A DNA stretch of 63,164 bases, filler included, from Collodictyon triciliatum (taxonomy: Eukaryota): NCBI GenBank assembly GCA_043381765.1. It is 3 parts of 3 records of this genome, joined end to end, with 100 filler letters (N's around TTAATTAATTAA, not from the genome) between each part and the next. Parts side by side here need not be neighbours in the genome. Positions count along the whole stretch, not along the records: positions 21,111 to 42,091 come from JBHJMP010001213.1; 2 more parts are not named here. One strand, given 5' to 3'. Shown here one piece after another: positions 22,961 to 37,700 of the stretch. The position numbers and the translations under genes are program-made. The notes beneath the pieces are model-generated. The model did no database searches. It saw only the letters and a list, made by a program, of their open reading frames with translations, and was not told the origin of the DNA. Position 1 is the stretch's first letter. The number at the start of each line of letters is the position of its first letter.

Positions 22961-25900
22961 ATGAGTGCCAAGCAACACAGAAATAAGCCACAAACAGCCA
23001 AAGCAAAGGCCAGTCACAACAACAACAACAACAACAACAACAGCGGCAGCAACAGCGGCAGCAACAGCAAAGAAAGCAACGAAGGCGAAGATGAAACACA
23101 CTTCCGGTCAGTTCGGCCGGCCTTATCTGCAACTCTGCTGAGTATTGTGGAGGAAGGCTTTGGCTTCACCCGAATGACGCCCGTGCAGCAGGCTGTGTTG
23201 CCACTGTTTCTGTCCTTCAAGGATGTTGCAGTGGAGGCGTGCACAGGGTCTGGAAAGACGCTCTCTTTTGTCCTCCCCATTTTCCAGATGCTTCTGCGAA
23301 GAGAGGCGCCCATCGAGCCTGCTGATAGGAAGGTTCTTGCCCTCGTCATTCTCCCAACAAGGTCTGCCGGCCCAATCTCCTGCTTCTTCTTTGCTTAGCA
23401 AATGAGTCATCAATATGAATAAATATCTCAATTAATCAAAAACATCATAAAAACATCATAAAAACATCATAAAAACATCATAAAAACATCATAAAAACAT
23501 CATAAAAACATCATAAAAACATCATAAAAACATCATAAAAACACCAGAAAATATCAGAATTTTTTAATTGAAACATCGCCCAGTGATAGAAAAGCAAAAT
23601 CCATGCTCGAATTTCAACACAATATTTCTTCCTTTAGATTCAGAGAATTTCAACACAAATAAAAATTGGACGCAACACATGTTTTATTCATGATTATTTG
23701 TCTATTTTTTCATATCATAGAGAACTCGCAACACAGGTTAGCACCGTGATTCAACCATTTATGAATTGCATCCCCACTGCCACTCTTCAACTTTTTATCG
23801 GTGGAGAGGACGTTCATGCTGGTTCGTTTTTTTAAAAGAAGCATTTCAAGCATAGTTTTATGCAAGATGATATCAATTTTCATGTGGATATCTAGTCGAT
23901 GAGCTAAAAAATTCCTGCCTTGCTTTGCCAAGATGTGGACAGGTTCAAGGAACAAGGCGGAACCGTTGTTGTTGGAACTCCTGGGAGGCTTTGGGACTTG
24001 ATTAGTCGTATGGACTCAATGAACTTCAGGGAACTGGAAGTGCTTATATTGGATGAGGCTGATAGGTGACATTATCTCTTTATTCACACATTCACGAAAT
24101 CAACAACCACTTGTAGTAAGGCATTTAGAACAAGAATTAAAAAATTATTATGTTTGTGATAAAACTTCTCGTCCTTTCGTGCAGATTACTGGATATGGGC
24201 TTCGAAAACACCATTAACTCAATCCTTCAAAAACTTCCTAAGCAAAGGCGAACGGTAAATCTGTTCTTTATTTTAATTACGAGAATTTTAAATGAATTAA
24301 ATCTTTAATTGCCTTGATTTTAGTATGAAAGTAAGTTTTTTCTTAGATTACTTTTTAAGCCTTATTATTCATATAATTTTCTTACCTGTATCTATTCGTT
24401 TATTGAATGTTTTTTTTTCAAAAGGGACTTTTCTCTGCAACCTTAACCGAAGGAGTCGCAGAGCTTGTACGTTTATATAATGAGATACTGTTTTATTAAT
24501 CTTTCATTATTTTCATCGCAATGGCCATAATGATATGTTGATGAAATGATTATTTTCTTTTCTTTTTTTTAAAAAAAAAAACAGGTTAAAGCTGGAATGA
24601 GAAATCCTGTGAAAGTTAGTGTTCGAGTTGAAGACACAGCGAAGGGAGTACAAACAACACCAGAGAGGTATTCTTTGAAAGTTTTAGTTTATGGGAACCT
24701 TTTCCGAGTATTCACACTATTGAACAAAAAAATTAATTCAAATTATATCTTAATCAAGAAATCTGCTTTCTAAGATACAACCATCTTTTTCTCAATTTTT
24801 TTCTTAGCTTGACCAATTGGTATATGATTGTGGAAAACAACCAAAAGTTTAATGCACTCGTCAGCTTTTTGAAAAAGAATACTGATCAAAAAATCATCGT
24901 CTATTTTCTAACATGCTATTGCGTGGAATATTTCACAAAGGTAGAACGAATCTCATGGCTTCATAAATACCTTGTCACACCAATGCTTTTTCTTTTACTT
25001 CCCTTTTTCCTTTTCCACTGCGCTAACTGATATGTGAATACTGATAAAGCTTCTGGAATGAACACCCCTCTGAATCATGAATTGGCGGTATCAATTAGGT
25101 GTTATCTCTGGAAAAGTTAAAGCTACCAAAGGTGTTCACTCTACACGGAAAGCTGAAGCACAAGAAGAGGACAAGTATATTTCCAGTTCCAAATATCGAC
25201 AATCTCTATACCCTGTGTAACCGCCGATATTATGCATGAATCATCTATCTGCATTCTATCTAAACTCTACAAAAGGCACACTCCAAGAATTTACGCAGGG
25301 CACTGGTGGGATTCTTTTAGCAACAGACCTTGCTGCCCGCGGTCTTGATATTCCCGACGTGAATTGGGTTATACAGTATGTGTACTTTCCCATTGAATGC
25401 GAATGTGATACTTGCTTGTGTTATTTTTTTCAACAAGGAAGATATTAGTAAATTTTAGCCTCTGAAATACCAAAGAAAACCGAGAACTTTATCAGTGGAA
25501 TACAAAAATATATGCGGTGTACTCTTAAACGATGAGAAGATTTTGCAGATGGCCTTTTTTTGTTTTTATATTTCCCGGCATCTGTAAATTATATCGAAGG
25601 TAATATATTGGAAATAGGTATGACCCTCCGCAGGACCCCAAATCCTTCCTTCACAGAATCGGTCGTACGGCGCGCATGGGAAAACTTGGAAGTGCTATTG
25701 TATATTTAACTCCGATGGAAGATACATACGTTGGTAAGGCGAAACAAAGAGGCTATGAATACAAACAATCCACAAAATTAGTTTATTTCATAATGAGAAT
25801 AGTATGCAATTAAAGTGGGTTAATTTTTTTTTTGTATTTTTTTATATCCAGATTTCATGAAAGTTCGAAAAGTTCCGATGCAGAAACTTGCGATGGGCTC

Positions 25901-27472
25901 ATCCAACGTTAACTATCTTAGTGTTATCAAAGAATCAGCAACAAAAGATAGAGACATTTACGAGAAGGTTTGATTTTGTCGTATAGACTTCAAAAGTTGA
26001 GCATGTTGCATTAGCATTCATTCACCCCACTCCAAATCACTTTTGTGTACCATTAGGGCCAGCGAGCAGCTGTGTCATATGTCAGAGCATATAAGGTGAA
26101 TATACTTTTCTTTGAAATATTACATAGATAAAAAAATGTGTTTCTCGGTAGCTGCACATGATAATCGAAATGTTCCTCACCCAAAAAATACTTAAAATAG
26201 GAGCATCATTGTAACTTTATATTTAAATTGAAGGACTTTGAGTTTGGGAAGCTTTTCACAGGATTTGGCCTATTAAGAGTATGTACAAGTTTTATTCATC
26301 GATATTTATTCAAAATACATGATATAATATGTAAGCGTATTTTGAATATGTGTGAATTGATACGGTAATAAACCAACATACTTTAAATGAAGGCACCAAA
26401 AATGCCGGAAGTAAAAGAGCCTGTTCCTTTATTTGAGCCTACAAATGTCGATATCAATAGCCTCAAATACGCAGATAAAACCAGAGAGAAACTGAGACAA
26501 AAGATTCTGAAAGACAGAGCAGAGAAGGAAAAGTATACCTAATTCAATCTCTTATTCCCATTTGAACCCACAAAACCATGAGTGACATCCAAAAATTTTA
26601 TTATTACATATTTTCTTTAAAACCCCCCAATATTTGTGGCTTCATGCATATGCTCTGTCTAAAAACTAAGTTACTAAACGAGCATTAACTCATCTATTCT
26701 GCACGCTACACTTTGAATCGAATAAAGGAAGAAAAAAAACTCATATATTCTGCTGAATACCATTCATTCATGAAAATCTACTCCTTCATAGGGCATTAAC
26801 CGCAGAGAAAGAACTTGCAAAAGGACAAAAGAGAAAGCAACAAGATGCTAAGGCTCAACATCCGGCAAAACATGCCGCCAAAAAAAGTGCACATCAAAGT
26901 AAATCAATTGGGGATGGAGAAGAAGACGAAGATGAAGACGAAGACGATGATGACTTCAACGAAGAATACAAGACGATTAAGAAAGTATGTACATGGCATT
27001 AATCAAATTCTTTCAGTGCGCTTTCATGATGATGGATACCTTCGTACACACAGCCGATAGACACAAATGATATAAAACCATCATCCACATGAGCCATTCC
27101 CACACTAACCCATCATCACAGGCCAAAAAACGCAGATTATCGGAAAAGGATTTGCAGAAGGAACTCGGAGAAGATGAGTTGTTTTCTGATTCTGAAGTCA
27201 AGACAAAAGCGCAACGAAGCGAAGCCACAGCTGTAAATAAGGGACAAAGCAGCGACGAAAGCGAAGAAAGCGATTCAGAGGATTCTGATAGCAGAGAGGA
27301 TTCATTACCAGACGCACGACAAAGAAAGAAAGGAACCACAAAATCAAATATGGCGCCTGGCCAAAAGAAAGGGTCTTCGTGGAGCAAGAAAAAGGAACTG
27401 AATGATAAAAGAAAGCTGCGCAAAACTAAAAGGCAGATGAAGAAAGCCTTAAAGAAAGCATCTTCTGACTAA
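22961..27472 (+). CDS. DDX55: ATP-dependent DEAD-box rRNA helicase DDX55/Spb4, multi-exon
   Basis: Q motif 'GFTRMTPVQ', '[14 protein letters not shown]', 'PTRELA', 'GTPGR', '[14 protein letters not shown]', 'LPKQRRTGLFSAT', '[14 protein letters not shown]', '[21 protein letters not shown]' and the Spb4-type tail '[15 protein letters not shown]'. Confidence 0.93.
23438..23543. repeat. 11-bp tandem repeat (AAAAACATCAT)n, about 9-10 copies, in DDX55 intron 1
   Basis: Directly visible. Confidence 0.92.
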
Positions 27473-27831
27473 TCGAAATCTCCATACGGCTCTAATAAAG
27501 TCATTAAAAACATTGGCAAAGCAAGTCGTGTGACTTTTATTTCTTTTCATTTAATACCCATGCTTTCACTTAATATGTATTTTATTTCCTGCAAACAGCA
27601 TGGATGATGACATATGGGAATGAGAAGACCAATATCTTTCCGAAACTGCTGACGAGCATGCGCTATACAAAAGTAAAAATGGTCAGTTAGGCTTCTGGTA
27701 TATATTTCAATAATATCGCGGTATTGTGATACCACTCTTCTGGGATTCCATATGAACAGACAAAAAGAACCAAAGGAGTAGGAAGCAGAGGAAAGCACAT
27801 GATAAAAAAAAAAAGCTGAGATGTTACTTTG

Positions 27832-28825
27832 TTATGTACGCTCCAGTTCGCGACGATACTCGCGGAGAATGACGGGAACCGATGTGGCAGGCAGCATTCC
27901 GACCTCGGATACAATCATAGTCACATATTCTACCGGAGTGGCATCGTACTTGAGATTCAGCGCCTAAAATCAAGAAAGGATTACGCTAATACTCTACATA
28001 TTCAACTTCAAACAAGACTGTGATTCAATTTTATTGGGTGCATCGGTAATATTCTTTTCTCTTAGTGTGTCGTTTCACTTCAAAAAAATACATATAGCGA
28101 GGGAATTTCTCTCCAGGACGAAATATGACTGTTTCCATTTGGCACAGAAGCGATTGACTCAGGATTACCTAAAAATCGAAAAAATACAAGAGAAAAGTAT
28201 AATAAAATAAAATATGCAGGTAGGAATTAGGTAAACTATAAACAGTAAAAAATAAAAAAATAAAAATAAACAAATCGAAAAGATTCAACAAAGGGCAAAA
28301 GAGGTAATAAAAGTTTCTTATGGTTTTGAATTGAATATGCGCACACCAAGTTCGTTGGAACATATCGAATCAAGCTGTGTTCTGTCAGAAAACTTGAACA
28401 TTTCAGAGCACACAATGAAGGGAATGTTGTGAGACTTGGCAGCAAGCGCAACCATCGATGTTCCAACGCGTGATATACATGAACCATTCTGGAGTACTGC
28501 GTGGGCACCCACGATGCACTTCGTGACCTACCAAAATAAAAAATTAATTAATTAAATCATAAAAACAGAAAACAGAAAACGTGGAGAGTAATGGAATTAG
28601 TGTGTTATTTTGAGGTCGTGCCATGAAATTAATCAGAATCAGTTTCCTGTGAAAACCACAAACCGATTTCATGATAAACGGTAAAGAGTTGATAAGGACA
28701 TATGTGCAGTTGATTCCTTCCATGACTAAACGGCTCAGCAGACTGCGCCCTGTGGAGAGCATGGAGATTGGATTTACATACATAATTTGATAGGTGAGCA
28801 TATGGTGATACAGATACAAAGAGTG

Positions 28826-28868
<43 letters not shown>

Positions 28869-30077
28869 NNNNNNNNNNNNNNNNNNNNNNNNNNNNNNNN
28901 NNNNNNNNNNNNNNNNNNNNNNNNNNNNNNNNNNNNNNNNNNNNNNNNNNNNNNNNNNNNNNNNNNNNNNNNNNNNNNNNNNNNNNNNNNNNNNNNNNNN
29001 NNNNNNNNNNNNNNNNNNNNNNNNNNNNNNNNNNNNNNNNNNNNNNNNNNNNNNNNNNNNNNNNNNNNNNNNNNNNNNNNNNNNNNNNNNNNNNNNNNNN
29101 NNNNNNNNNNNNNNNNNNNNNNNNNNNNNNNNNNNNNNNNNNNNNNNNNNNNNNNNNNNNNNNNNNNNNNNNNNNNNNNNNNNNNNNNNAAAAAAAAAGT
29201 CACAACGACTCAGAGGGGGATATTTTAGGCGGAAAATAGACCTTGCGTAGGTCAATATCACATCACCATCACCAATTCGACTCGTAATATGCTTTGATAT
29301 GATATCCACAGCAGCTTGGACTCTAACCAGCAAGAACTGGTCGATAAGGTCAATCAAAACTTGCTTTCCCTGTTTTATTTTTGTTTTCGTATTTAGAATA
29401 AATAAATAAATATAAGTTGATGTATTAAGTATGTTGAATCGTTGGTGTGATTCTGAAAGATAAACCAAGCGAGTAATACGGATGCAATGCGATTTGAGTC
29501 CATACAACGAACACAGAATAAAGACACGGCATCACATAAAAAAATACGGAAAACATTACTTAATCTTACATTCGATTCGCTGATATCAGATGGTAGTTTT
29601 GATATCTTAACTTTCAACCATGTGATGACGTTTCCAAGAGGGATTCCCAAGGGCCGACACTCAACAAGAAATCCTATCTGTTGCTTCAATTTTTGCTCGA
29701 GGTCTCTTTTATAAATGTCCGTCGAGAGAGAAATATTGTCCGCAATAAACTATTCATTAAAATCAATTAAAAGCTGAAATATAAAAAAAACCACTTAAAA
29801 GAGGCGATAAAAAGTTCAATCAGCCAAAAATGGGACGGGTTAAAACAAAAATATCAACCTGCTTCACAGTGGTAAGGAATGCTATACATCTTGCTGTGCT
29901 TCCAATCACTTGGTCGTGTGCGTACTGCATCCCCAACCGAATTATCTGAGGGTGTATTTCGGACTTCGATATACCAATACCCAGAGAAATCCGTGTTGTT
30001 GGCTCAAACTGTGGGAGATGTGAGAATAGGGCGACCTGTTTTTGTGAAACCTCCCGCTGGAGAATCTAACGAGAAAA

Positions 30078-30152
<75 letters not shown>

Positions 30153-30854
30153 ATAGATGAATGAATGTTGAAAAATGATAAACACATATATAATTTTTTC
30201 CTTTATTCGCTTTAAGGGAAGGAAATATTTTTAGAATAAACGCATAAATAATAAATGATAAAAAATAAATAGATGAATAGATAAATGAATAGATAAATGA
30301 ATAGATAAATGAATAGATAAATGAATAGATAAATGAACAGATAAATGAACAGATAAATGAACAGATAAATGAACAGATAAATGAATAGATAAATGAATAG
30401 ATAAATGAATAGATAAATGAATAGATAAATGAATAGATAAATGAATAGATAAATGAATAGATAAATGAATAGATAAATGAATAAATCGCAGTATAAATAG
30501 AGGCTGGAGGACCTGTTTTCTCGTAACTTTGGCCAGTTGCTTCGGATCATCAAACTGAACTACGTTGCTGGGAGCTGAGGGTGCCTTCTTGAGCCTCTCA
30601 GGATTGGATCCCTTATCCTTCTCTTTTTCCTTTTCCTTGTCTTTGTCCTTTTCCTTGTCTTTGTCCTTACCTTTTGTTTGTTGGCCAGACTGGGTAGGCT
30701 TCTTTGCACTTCCAGGTTGTTCGCTGGCATGTGTGACTCCTGGAGACGAGAGCGGACCCGACAAAGAACTCAACTCGGCAGCAGAGGAGTTTGAGATGGA
30801 TCGCTCCTTTGAGACCGAGGCATTCGCGATTTGGCCAGCGATCTCGTCGCTCAT
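27832..30854 (-). CDS. EIF2B4: Translation initiation factor eIF2B delta subunit; one exon probably hidden in N gap
   Basis: 'VQFDDPK', 'VALFSHLPQF', 'IHPQIIRLGMQY...GSTARCIAFL', 'FLVECRPL', 'DGDVILTYA', 'GAHAVLQNG..SRVGTSMVAL', 'KFSDRTQLDSICSNEL', 'LNLKYDATP...SEVGMLPATSVPVILREY'. Confidence 0.93.
28869..29189. other. Within-scaffold assembly gap (321 N) between poly-A runs
   Basis: N run without linker motif, inside the eIF2B-delta gene. Confidence 0.97.
30075..30486. repeat. (AAAT)n tract and 12-bp (ATAAATGAATAG)n tract in eIF2B-delta intron 1
   Basis: Two arrays at about 30075-30153 and 30266-30486; four adjacent 12-mers carry a T>C variant. Confidence 0.93.
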
Positions 30855-31320
30855 GCTTTCGTAGCCCCAGAGCAAAGGAAGCGCCGATTGAGAAAGTGAT
30901 CGCAGAGCACAGACACACAGACACACAAGAACCGAAAGAGTAAACGATCAAAAACAAACAAATAGAAAAAAAAATAAAGAGAAAAAGAGGAGGATATTCA
31001 TGAACAAAAAATGTATATGAAGGAAGGGAGTAGGTATCGGCTTCAAACTGGGTCATGGCGGTGTATGTGGTGAATCAAACCTAAGCAGCCTCTTTGCATA
31101 GCGTTTTTTCTTCTTTCTTTCTTTTTCTTGCTCTTGTGTCCTGCAATCCCCTCTGCTTTCCGAGTATTTAAGCACAGAGCCACCGAAGGGGAATCATACA
31201 AGAGGGTGTTCTTTGCAGTCCACGGAACTTCTTTGTTCGGTCTTGTGTTTGGGAGGGGATGATGGCCACAGCACGAAGGAAGGGAGAATGGAAAGGCGTT
31301 CAACTTTGTTGGGATGTGGT

Positions 31321-33914
31321 TTAGCTTAGAGCGTTGCAGACTTCGCAGTCAAAGACAACATCCTGCGCAAAGAGAATGATGCCACCAATGATGAAGAAGA
31401 GACACACAAAAACACCCGCGATTCGGAGGCGGCGATTGATTTCAACTCCGTCGCATCCAGGTTTGTTGCTCGGGGGGAAAAACTGCGGTGTAATGACATG
31501 CTCGTGAGCGGTGTTGTTTGCACTCAGACAGGAAGCTTAAAGTGAGTATTGGAAGGTGGGCTATCCTCTAACATGACTCTTTCGTTACATCATCGACTGT
31601 GTCAGTCTTCATCGAGAAAATGATTTATATTCACCTTGAGAAAAAGAAGGCCCAAAGAGCCCCCACATATGAGACCACCAATGTGCGCCTGCGTGAATGC
31701 AACATAAGAGACAAAAACAAAATTATCAATTAGATTTCATTCGATTACATCTTCAATCATCGATAATTTTATGATATGCGGTCAAAAGCAGAGAATAAGA
31801 TACATGACAGACCAGATGATATGATTTTAGAGTTAGAATGCATGAAGTTGTGAAAAAAATGGCTTGTACAAAATTGTACCCAATTGTCGATACCAGGAAG
31901 TAAGCCAACAGCAAGGTTGAATATAATTGTACATATTTGGACTGCAATAAAAGAAAAGTATCAGATTTGGTAGTGCGTTTTCCATTGGTAGTGCGCTTCA
32001 TTCATATACATACTTGTAATTAGTTTCTTGGGCTCTTCCAGTGAGACCCTAGGTGTTGATTTACAATTTGGCATAGCCGTCACGATATGACATAACAAAA
32101 CATGAATGGCATGATATAATATCATGATATGTGTCGTTGAGAATTTCTCAGCAAAGCTTTTCATTCAATATCCAGCTGATTTGAATGATGCATAAGACCC
32201 CTTGTTCCCATCGGAGCAACCACATACCAATTTATCAAAACGTCCCTGTGTCGTATTTTAATTTATTGGCGTTTTATGTAGCAAAGTATAACTTATCCGT
32301 TTTAAATCTCATTTTCAGTCAGATAGAATCATCCATAACAAGTCACGGCTCATAATGAAAGAATAGTGAAAGGAGGTGTAAGAAATCAAAAGATGATATT
32401 AATTAATTACACGACTGTGGCTCCCAGAAGGCCAAATAAGCTTCCACTAGATTTTATTCATGGTTTGAATGAGCATTACAAATAATCACATTATTTCATC
32501 CAATGTTTGATGCTTATTTATTGTTACCTTGCCCCAGCAGTTATATATTCGTTAGTTGCTGAAAAAAGACATGATGTCAAATTCCCATAGAATCCAGAGA
32601 AAATGTATAGCCCAATCCAGGTCTTGTGGCCCCATTCAAGCTCCTTTGCAGATATAAACATTTAAACCCATCTCGAAAAAATACAATATTTCAGCTGCTT
32701 CGATACCAATTTGACTTTCATGAACCTCTCGTTACATATGTGTTTAAGGAGTAATGCAATAAAAAGAGCTTATCGTGTTAGGCAGCAAAATAAAGATAAA
32801 CACACCAAATCAATTCCCAGTCTATAGTGCATGAACATGTTGATTAATAAGTGAATGACACCAACATGAAGAAAAACAGCAACAATTAACCTCCAATATT
32901 CTCCATCTCGTATTTTGTCACAGTCCTGTTACCAAATGGTTGTCGTTCATTTTGCAAGTTATTTAAGAAATATAATGATAAAAAAATGCTTAACCTTAAC
33001 ATGATACGTGATGATTTAGGCCCTGAGAGTCTCACAAAATCACTCAAAGTATAATATTTTCAAAGGAGCCGCACAAGCGTGCATTACATACCTTTCCCCC
33101 AAATAGAGTTATGGTGTCTTCTGAAGCCCCTATCAATGGATTCTCATTGAAATCTTCAAACCCTGTGAGAATTTAAGTGCGTTTGGATGTCAAAGTCCAA
33201 ATACTCGAATTCGTGTCCATTGGTTGGGATTTTATGGTTGAAAAACATAATCTGTCTGAATATAGTTACACTTTTTGCACTAGAAATCCTGAAAACCTTG
33301 GTTGTAGGCTATCGTAATGATAAAGAGGATCAAATCGATACACATTATCGTCCAGCATAAGTAGGGCCTTCTATTCTCTCTATTTTGCTCGTGCTAGATA
33401 ATAATCATAATTACAGTAAAAAAAATAATATTCAGCTTTCTTTTGCGCGGTAAAAGTGCTCTCCCAGCCACCATGACAACTAAGGTGCTTAACACAATAT
33501 CTCTTAAACCCTTCCCGTTATACCAATCAATGGTGTTCAACGTAATATTTTTGATGCAGTTCTAAAGTATTATAAGTATAACAATCGTCACATTTATTTT
33601 TACTATCATTGTCATTATCATTGTCATTATCATTATCATTATCATTATTCAAAAGATAACGAATAAAAACAATCAAGATAACAAGGAACCTGCTCTATCT
33701 CTGAAGGGATCAGAGGGGTTGTTTCGACGGGTCTGTTGGCCAAAGATCCGCCGACTGGGCCTTCAGAACGGCCAGTTTGGGAGATAACCTGTGGGGTTGT
33801 TGACAGTCTCTGCTGCTTTGCAGCATCAATCAAGATCATCCCTGACTGAACCGTCTCGTGTGCGCTCTCTCCATTGATGGAGCCATACATAACCGCCTGC
33901 TTGAAGCTTGTCAT
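31321..33914 (-). CDS. Rhomboid intramembrane serine protease (plant RBL-like architecture), 11 exons
   Basis: Spliced: RRPYLCWTIM...ENPLIGASEDTITLFGGK|DCDKIRDGEYWRLIVAVFLHVGVIHLLINM...YIFSGFYGNLTS...TAGAS|GSLFGLLGA...LLPGIDNW|AHIGGLICG...DCEVCNALS*. WR motif, GxSG serine and AHxGG histidine are intact. Start uncertain (33914 or 33890). Confidence 0.9.
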
Positions 33915-34548
33915 TCTTAGTCGTGCTTTAAAGGCCAAACCGTTCTACGCGTCTATTCTGCGGGGGGTTGAGCCCACAGAAGAAGAAAATAAAGGAAAGG
34001 AAGGGGGAAGGGATGGAAAGGAAAGAAAAAGATAGCGAAAGAAAGGAGAGGACAGGAAAAGATTGAAAAGACAGCGCCACAAATCAAAAGAATGCCCGAA
34101 CAAAATATATTTTCCGCATATAGAATTGAGTTTATTTGAAAGGACTCATTTTCAATAAATAAATTTCTTAAATTGGAGAATGGCGCGTAGTTTGTTTGAA
34201 TAACCCCGCCAACATCGCTTCGAATCGTTAATACCCAGAGTCATGGAAGGAAACCGCTTGTGATCGCAGACACGAAAGGACTTTTGGGCGGTTCTTCCAA
34301 GTCGAGTGGGATGTTTGTGTGTGTGCGAAAGAAAGAAAAAACTGCAAACAAATAATTGATTAATTAAAAAAAATACAACAGAAAAAGAAAAAGCCTCAAG
34401 TTGAAAATGCCTCTTTGCGTGACAGCCAGGAACCAAAGTGTCACGCAAGATTGCGCTTTATGTGCCTGGATTTCTTGTCTTTGCTTTCTTGGCTTCTCCT
34501 CTTCCTGTCAGTGTATTCAATCTCAGTCTTTATTTTGTTCATAGCCCT

Positions 34549-34636
34549 ATGGATCGTAAGCAATCGCGCAGGTTCTCCAACCAGAGCCCGCATACTCCAA
34601 CTGGGTGAGTCACTCGGTCTCTATGCATACATGTGT

Positions 34637-34714
<78 letters not shown>

Positions 34715-37700
34715 CGTAGAAAGATATTCGTGCGTGAATCACCAACCATGTATATTCAAAGAGAAAGAGGACTTGGCTCTAAGATGCCATTCAACGTATA
34801 GCGCAGAGACATTTAGTGGATCGCACGCATTTTTTATGCAAAGCAACGATTATGATGATAGTGTCTTTGCTGGAAACTCCATGAAACTAAAGATGTTCGC
34901 CACTTTTGCTCCCACGCAAGTAAATACCTTACATTCACCTTATTATTGGGTACAATTAAATACGCACATGAATTTTTCCTTTTTATTTGTAACATTATGA
35001 TAAAAAAAAGCAAAGAAGATGAAAAAAAAAAAGAAAAGACATCTTATGGTATGCTTAGTATGTAAAAAGCATTATTCAGGATTTTGCTAATGTCTGTGAA
35101 AGTTAATGAAAAGTACTTTCTTAAATCAGGTTTTGCAGCGCGCAATCGATCGAGCACAAAGGCCTCTGTCGTACCCTGATTATGAAGTCTTTGAATCTGC
35201 GGTCATGTTTGCCGATATATCCGGATTTTCTGCACTTGCAGACCGCTTGACGAAGGCCAAAGGCATCGAAGGAATGGAACTCCTGAACTCTATCATCAAT
35301 TCTTTCTTTGCTGTATTAGGAAGAAGGATATTCTCGTGTGGGGGAGATGTGATCAAATTCAGCGGAGGTGTGTTCATGCGTGTTGGATTCATGATCTTGT
35401 GCCCTCGATATCCCCTCTTATAGATACTTGATCATCTGTTACTCATATTTTTTTTTTTAAAAAAAAATAACTCAAAGTGTGCATATATTATCCACCTGCA
35501 GACGCTATGTTGGCCATTTGGCCAGTGAGGCCTGGTCAAAAGGAAACTCTCCAAAATGCTGTCTGTCTTGCCACAAAATGCGCACTCCTCATGCTGCGAG
35601 ACCGGCCAGCATTTCAGTCTGTTGAGGTATTCATTCAAATAATCAATATCATCAACATTATTTATTTATTTATATGTTTGGTTTTGATTTTGCCATCCAA
35701 TTAAATTTTTGAATCATATCTATCATATATACCTCACTATAGTTTGCACTTTTTATCACAGGGAAGCGGTATTTCGATCGACCTTCAGGTTCACATAGCA
35801 TTGGGAGCTGGAAAGGTGGTTGGAATGCACGTTGGTGGCGTCAGTGAAAGAGCCGAATATGTGATTGGTGGTGAGCCTCTGCACCAGATTACCAAAGCAG
35901 AACACCTTGCAAAGGCTGGTATGCTTGTTGTAAGCCCAGAAGTTTGGTCTATTATCCGCGAAAAGGTATTAGCCTATGAATAACATCTTCAGCGTATTCG
36001 TTTAGCATTTTCTGGTTATCATGTTTTAAATTTTGTGCATTTCTGCCTATGTTATGATTACATGAACGATCACACGCTCGCATATGTGTATGCGTTTCCC
36101 CTTATCTTAAAGAATAGAAATAAAATGAAACTCGAGCAAAATAATTCTACATCGTTTATTTGATTCAAAAAAATTCGCAGGCGAAGGGAAGTCCAGTCCT
36201 GGAACTCGATAGTCTCCCTAGAGTAGATGGAATTGAGCCGGATGTTATGCTTTTTACACCAGAGGCTGTCTCAGATGGTGGACTTGCAAAGCCTATCGTT
36301 TGCCAGGTATCTGCCGAATACAGAGGAGAAATCGAAGTTGACATCGAGTCTATTTGCTCCTACGATCATATTTACGTGCACGTTCACAGTATCGATTACG
36401 ATGAGACTACTGCAAAGAATCTTAGAAATGAAGCCTTGACCTTGTTTACCACGTCTGTAACTCTTATTTTATTTTGTAAAAACACAGATAAGATATTTCA
36501 ACCATCCCAACAAAAGAAAGAGTATGCTCCACAGAACCATACATGAAAACTTGCATTTAAAATATATATATCCATTTATTAGCCACTACACGAGGGAACT
36601 GGGGCAAATTATTTGGAGATACACTTCAGAGTCCATACGCCCACGACTCACAGTGGGTGAGATGGTTGGACAAGGTGAATTGCGCAGAGTAACAATTCTA
36701 TTTGTTCGCTTATCGGGCCTTAACTACGACGTGCCTAGTAGCTCTATTGTTCGCTTGCAAAATGCAATGTCTATTATCCAGGTGAGCTTCAAAAATAGAA
36801 AGTAGATATAATATTTCAAGATTATACGCCGCGTAGAGGAGTATGATATTCCTATTCTCTCATAAAGAAATGGTTTCCCCTCAAATATTATTAGGGCGCA
36901 TTGGCTGATTTTGAAGGAGTTCTGTCACGCCTTCAGATAGATGATAAGGTATCCGGTTGTTTTCTGTTGATGTCCAATTTTATCTTCTTTTTTTATTATT
37001 CATTTATTGATGCCTGGTATTGTTCCAATCGTGAAGGGTACGATTGTCAAGGCAGCTTTCGGTCTTCCACCACGAAGTCATGAAGATGACCCCATAAGAG
37101 CACTTTTAGCGGCTATGCAAGTAAAGAAGAAATTAAAAAATTAAAAGAAAATATACACGATTATATTCACCCCCTTCACACGGATTATATATTTGAGCTA
37201 TGATTATATTACCACAATAGATGCACGAGCAACTTGAATCGATCAACATACATGCAAGAATAGGACTCGCGACAAGCACTGTATTCTTTGGAGTGGTAAA
37301 CTTTCAACGTTTAGAAATAATATGCTTGCAATCCCTCCATGCATCCGATTTATATTTTTCATTTTTTTTTTAATTGCATGACGTATTCCTCATATTAGGT
37401 CGGCAGTAATTTATTTCGGGAGCTTTCGACTGTTGGGAGCACCGTGAATCTCGCTGCTAGGATGATGCAAGCTGCCAGCGATGATAGTCCGATTTTATGT
37501 GAAGAGTCGACATGCAGGCTGGCACAGTCAAAAATCAAATTTGTTGACCGAAACGAAATAAGCGTTAAGGTGATTGCACCAAAAAGAGACTTTTTTTAAA
37601 TAAACAATTTTTTTCATGACTCTCCCTTTTTTCTTCTTTTTTAAGCTCGTCGTTTATTTATATTTTCCTATATATTCCTCTATTTTTGCTAATCCATATA

